A DNA stretch of 64,000 bases from Octopus bimaculoides (lineage: Eukaryota), in contig NC_068982.1 of NCBI RefSeq assembly GCF_001194135.2, positions 128,712,906-128,776,905 of the forward strand, written 5' to 3'. A program made the translations under genes and the position numbers. Below the pieces are notes generated by a model, which was not told where the DNA came from, made no database searches, and saw only the letters and a list, made by a program, of their open reading frames with translations. The stretch's first letter is position 1, and every line of letters starts with the position of its first letter. Below, piece after piece: positions 63,886 to 64,000 of this stretch.

Positions 63886-64000
63886 TCATCTTTTTCATAG
63901 GTTTGATTGTTGCTTCAGCTTCCAAAGGTGGACTTTGCCCTTGATCATTAACAGCTATAACCCGGAATAAGTATTCAGTTCCTTCAATGAGATCTAAAGC
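63886..64000 (-). CDS. FN3 exon D1, class C, 5'-truncated by window
   Basis: Manual translation ...LIEGTEYLFRVIAVNDQGQSPPLEAEATIKPMKKM; donor gtgagt. Confidence 0.88.

Larger units (their letters stand above)
1..64000 (-). other. Giant multi-exon gene: titin/twitchin-like tandem FN3 array (internal portion, both ends outside the window)
   Basis: 67 exons encode FN3 domains with the muscle-type consensus P..P.GP....V.....L.WK.P..DGGSPIT.Y..E......W...........L.E..EY.FRV.A.N..G.S.P. All have GT-AG boundaries in phase 1. The family call rests on resemblance to titin/twitchin FN3 from memory; orthology is not established. Confidence 0.9.

Noticed and set aside
1-64000. CRISPR-like or prokaryotic repeat system suggested by the regular recurrence of similar blocks
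   Set aside because: The repeats are ~300-bp protein-coding exons with spliceosomal introns; no short repeat-spacer array, cas genes or operon structure

Overview
AT-rich animal genomic DNA with five N-gaps, compound microsatellites, SINEs, a MITE and a LINE fragment. The repeat style suggests a cephalopod such as Octopus; this is an inference, not a database match. The whole window lies inside one very large minus-strand gene of the titin/twitchin/projectin-like intracellular fibronectin type III (FN3) family, with no start, stop, Ig or kinase domain visible. I read 67 exons with GT-AG boundaries, two of them cut by the window edges. They encode 72 FN3 domains, and one more is inferred in the gap at 5280-5873, giving about 7,200 aa in this window alone. 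Nearly every exon is one domain (294-306 bp) and every intron is phase 1. Domains fall into three sequence classes in a strict B-A-C order, nested inside a 9-domain super-repeat. One 1,827-bp exon carries six domains without introns. Five exon positions near the 3' end occur as near-identical pairs about 6 kb apart, while their neighbours are old paralogues. Domain numbers D1-D73 follow transcript order, from high to low coordinate.
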